Positions 61,614 through 64,000 of a DNA stretch of 64,000 nucleotides are shown here, piece after piece (the first letter of the stretch is position 1; every line of letters starts with the position of its first letter). A program made the position numbers and the translations under genes. Source of the DNA: Felis catus (lineage: Eukaryota). Location of the stretch: assembly GCF_018350175.1 (NCBI RefSeq), contig NC_058370.1:132122001-132186000 (forward strand), given 5' to 3'. The notes below the pieces were generated by a model that was not told where the DNA came from, did no database searches, and saw only the letters and a list, made by a program, of their open reading frames with translations.

Positions 61614-62304
61614 CCATGGCAAGGACGTAAACCCCTTTCCTTTGTTCTTGGGGAGGCAGCGTCCTTCCTGTCCAGGGACCAGCACCAGCTGGAGCCCTTC
61701 CCTGTTCCCGGGGCTCAGCGCCCTTTCTACTCTCCGTAGGCACCCCTGTCCCCCCACCCCAGCTTGGTGTAAGCCGAGACGCTGGGTTGGCTTGGTGGCT
61801 CCAGCTTTGACACCTATAAGCTGTGTGGTTGTAGGTGATTCATTCAACCTCCTGGTCCTTCAGTCTTCTCCTCCGCAGGGTGGGTACATCAGCGGCTTCC
61901 CCGCACTCATCGGAACGTTGGCTCTCTTGGATTGGCACCACCAGCCGTGTGTCTTTGCGATTCTCTGGCTCGGTCGTGCCCTGACTACTACATAGGGCTC
62001 CCTGGCTTCTGTGGGAACCAGCCATTCGCCTAAGGAGCCTCGAGTCCTTGTAATAAATAGAGCCTGGTGTTTAGAAACAAAGACCTGGGATAAGATGTGC
62101 TCAGTGCTGTTGAGGCGTCAGGCGAATCTGCCCTCTTANNNNNNNNNNNNNNNNNNNNNNNNNNNNNNNNNNNNNNNNNNNNNNNNNNNNNNNNNNNNNN
62201 NNNNNNNNNNNNNNNNNNNNNNNNNNNNNNNNNNNNNNNNNNNNNNNNNNNNNNNNNNNNNNNNNNNNNNNNNNNNNNNNNNNNNNNNNNNNNNNNNNNN
62301 NNNN

Positions 62305-62772
62305 GGCAAGATTGGTTTCTGGGGAGACCCTTCTCCCCAGCTGTCTTCTCCTTGTGTCCTCATACAGGCTTTTCTCTGTGTGTACACATCCCTGGTCTCT
62401 CTCCTTTTTTTTTTTTTATGTTTATTTTTTTGAGAGAGTGTGTGCGCACATGTGCATGAGCAGGGGAGAGGCAGAGAAAGGGGGTGGGGCAGAGGATCCA
62501 AAGTGGGCTCTGTGCTGATAGCAGACCCGATGTGGGGCTCGAACTCATGAACCTTGAGATCATGACCTGAGCTACAGTCAGACGCTCAACCGACTGAGCC
62601 ACCCAGGTGCCCCCCTCTCGCTCTTCTTAAAAGGACATCAGTCCTGTCGGACTAGGGATCCACCCTTATGACCTCAGTTACCTCTTTAAAGGTCCTGTCT
62701 CCAAATACAGTCAGTTTGGGGGGTTAGAGCTTCCACATTTGAATTTGGGGGGGATAGAATTTAGTCCATAAT
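62305..62772. mobile_element. MLT1B/C-like LTR interrupted by an antisense Can-SINE (~62405-62614)
   Basis: GTCTTCTCCTTGTGTCCTCA...AAGGACATCAGTC...CACCCTTATGACCTC...CTCCAAATACAGTC...AGTCCATAA. Confidence 0.75.
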
Positions 62773-62804
62773 ATATATATTCATAATACTGTGTATATAT
62801 TGAA

Positions 62805-62841
<37 letters not shown>

Positions 62842-62866
62842 TATATATATATGTATATATATATCA
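62770..62866. repeat. (AT)n/(AC)n microsatellite
   Basis: Direct reading. Confidence 0.9.
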
Positions 62867-64000
62867 TGTATCACATACACCTGCTGAACCAGGATCTTCC
62901 TTTTAACAAAAACAAACACCCAGGGGCGCCTGGGTGGCTCAGTTGGTCGCCACGGCCCGTGGGAACCAAAGGGTCAACATAACTTCTCTTTGCGTCACAG
63001 ACTTGCACGCTTGTGAGGTTGCTCCCTATGGTAAATTCAAAACAAGTCTGGGCGAGCCTCCCAGACGGGGTCCCAGGAGACGACGGGACGTTCTGGAACT
63101 TTGAGGGGTCCGGAAGTTCTCTGCCAAGAAGAATGTGTTGGTGAAGGTTCAGTTATAGACCACATGGCCCCCCGCTTTCGTTAGCTTAATTATGGTCACC
63201 CAGTGTTGAGCAGCGTAAGGACGAGGAAGCAGATGTTGGAAAGAGTCTCTAAGGAACAGAAAACTCACTGAAGAACGTCCCCGGGAGGCGAACTGTGTGC
63301 GTGTGTCCCCCACCGCAGGAGGCTGCCTCCGCTGCTGCCCAGTGTTCTCGAAGCTGGGGCCTGCCACAGGGCATCCCGGCCCAGCTGTCCCAGAAGGACC
63401 CACTGCTGTATCTCTGTACTTGCGGAAGGGTCCTGGGGTTGTGCCTTCTGCATTCTGGGTCTCCTGGGGACGCACCTGCTCGGCAGGAGCTTGGTCACGC
63501 GAGAGGCCCGATTGCCAGGGCCAGCCTCATTGTGGCTCCACCGTCACAGACAGTGACTTCACAGGGCTGCGCCCTCAGCTTGCAGCATGGAGACTACAGG
63601 GCAAAGCTAGCAGGATCTGGGGAGCTTCGGACACGAGACAAAATTTCTGTTGCTCGTGCCTCCCTGGATGCTAGGGTGTGGGGGGAGTCATGCAGGGCGG
63701 ACCTGGTCTAAAACCGTTGGTGCTCTGATATGTGTGGGTGTCGAAGCTGAAGGTTGAGGGCTGAGGCCACCATAGGGTGAGTGGGAGCTTTTTGTCCAAA
63801 GTCCGTGCTGTGCAGCCCTGATTTCCTGTCGCAGACTGTGGGCCTAAAGTTCTCTCTTGTCCAGCAAGCGAGCGGGACGCAGGATTAAAATGCGAGAGAT
63901 GGCTAACGTCCGGGAGGAGACAAGTGCCTCGAGTAAGGGTCCTTGCCCCATTTTTATTAGGATCAGAAGGCTTACAAACATGGCCATGGACGTGCACAGA

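Noticed and set aside
61620-64000. Possible 3' end of the next upstream gene (C2orf50 in human synteny)
   Set aside because: No recognisable coding exon; cannot be supported from this sequence

Overview
Mammalian genomic DNA from a cat-family animal (the dominant repeat is the feliform Can-SINE), with several N-gaps. The + strand carries the 3' three-quarters of ROCK2: exons 8-33 (human numbering, ~2.6-42.8 kb) encoding the end of the kinase region, coiled coil, Rho-binding region and split PH/C1 domain. This includes a 12-nt microexon, the 171-nt muscle-specific ROCK2m exon 27', and exon 27 hidden inside an N-gap. The - strand carries the complete 7-exon SLC66A3/PQLC3 gene (609-nt CDS, 202 aa, CpG-island promoter at ~59.3-59.8 kb), convergent with ROCK2 and with a U12-type intron 3. 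The rest is L1, Can-SINEs, LTRs, hAT fossils and microsatellites. Most notable: (1) ROCK2's last intron interrupts the final codon and holds several candidate cassette/micro-exons that would each swap the extreme C-terminus while escaping NMD, one with the same downstream RBFOX+QKI motifs as exon 27'; (2) a degenerate copy of exon 17 lies in intron 11, in frame with the microexon; (3) the SLC66A3 minor intron has an atypical branch site; (4) a perfect 32-bp palindrome sits inside an inverted SINE pair. Gene and repeat identities come from my recall of known sequences, not a database search, and repeat boundaries are approximate.
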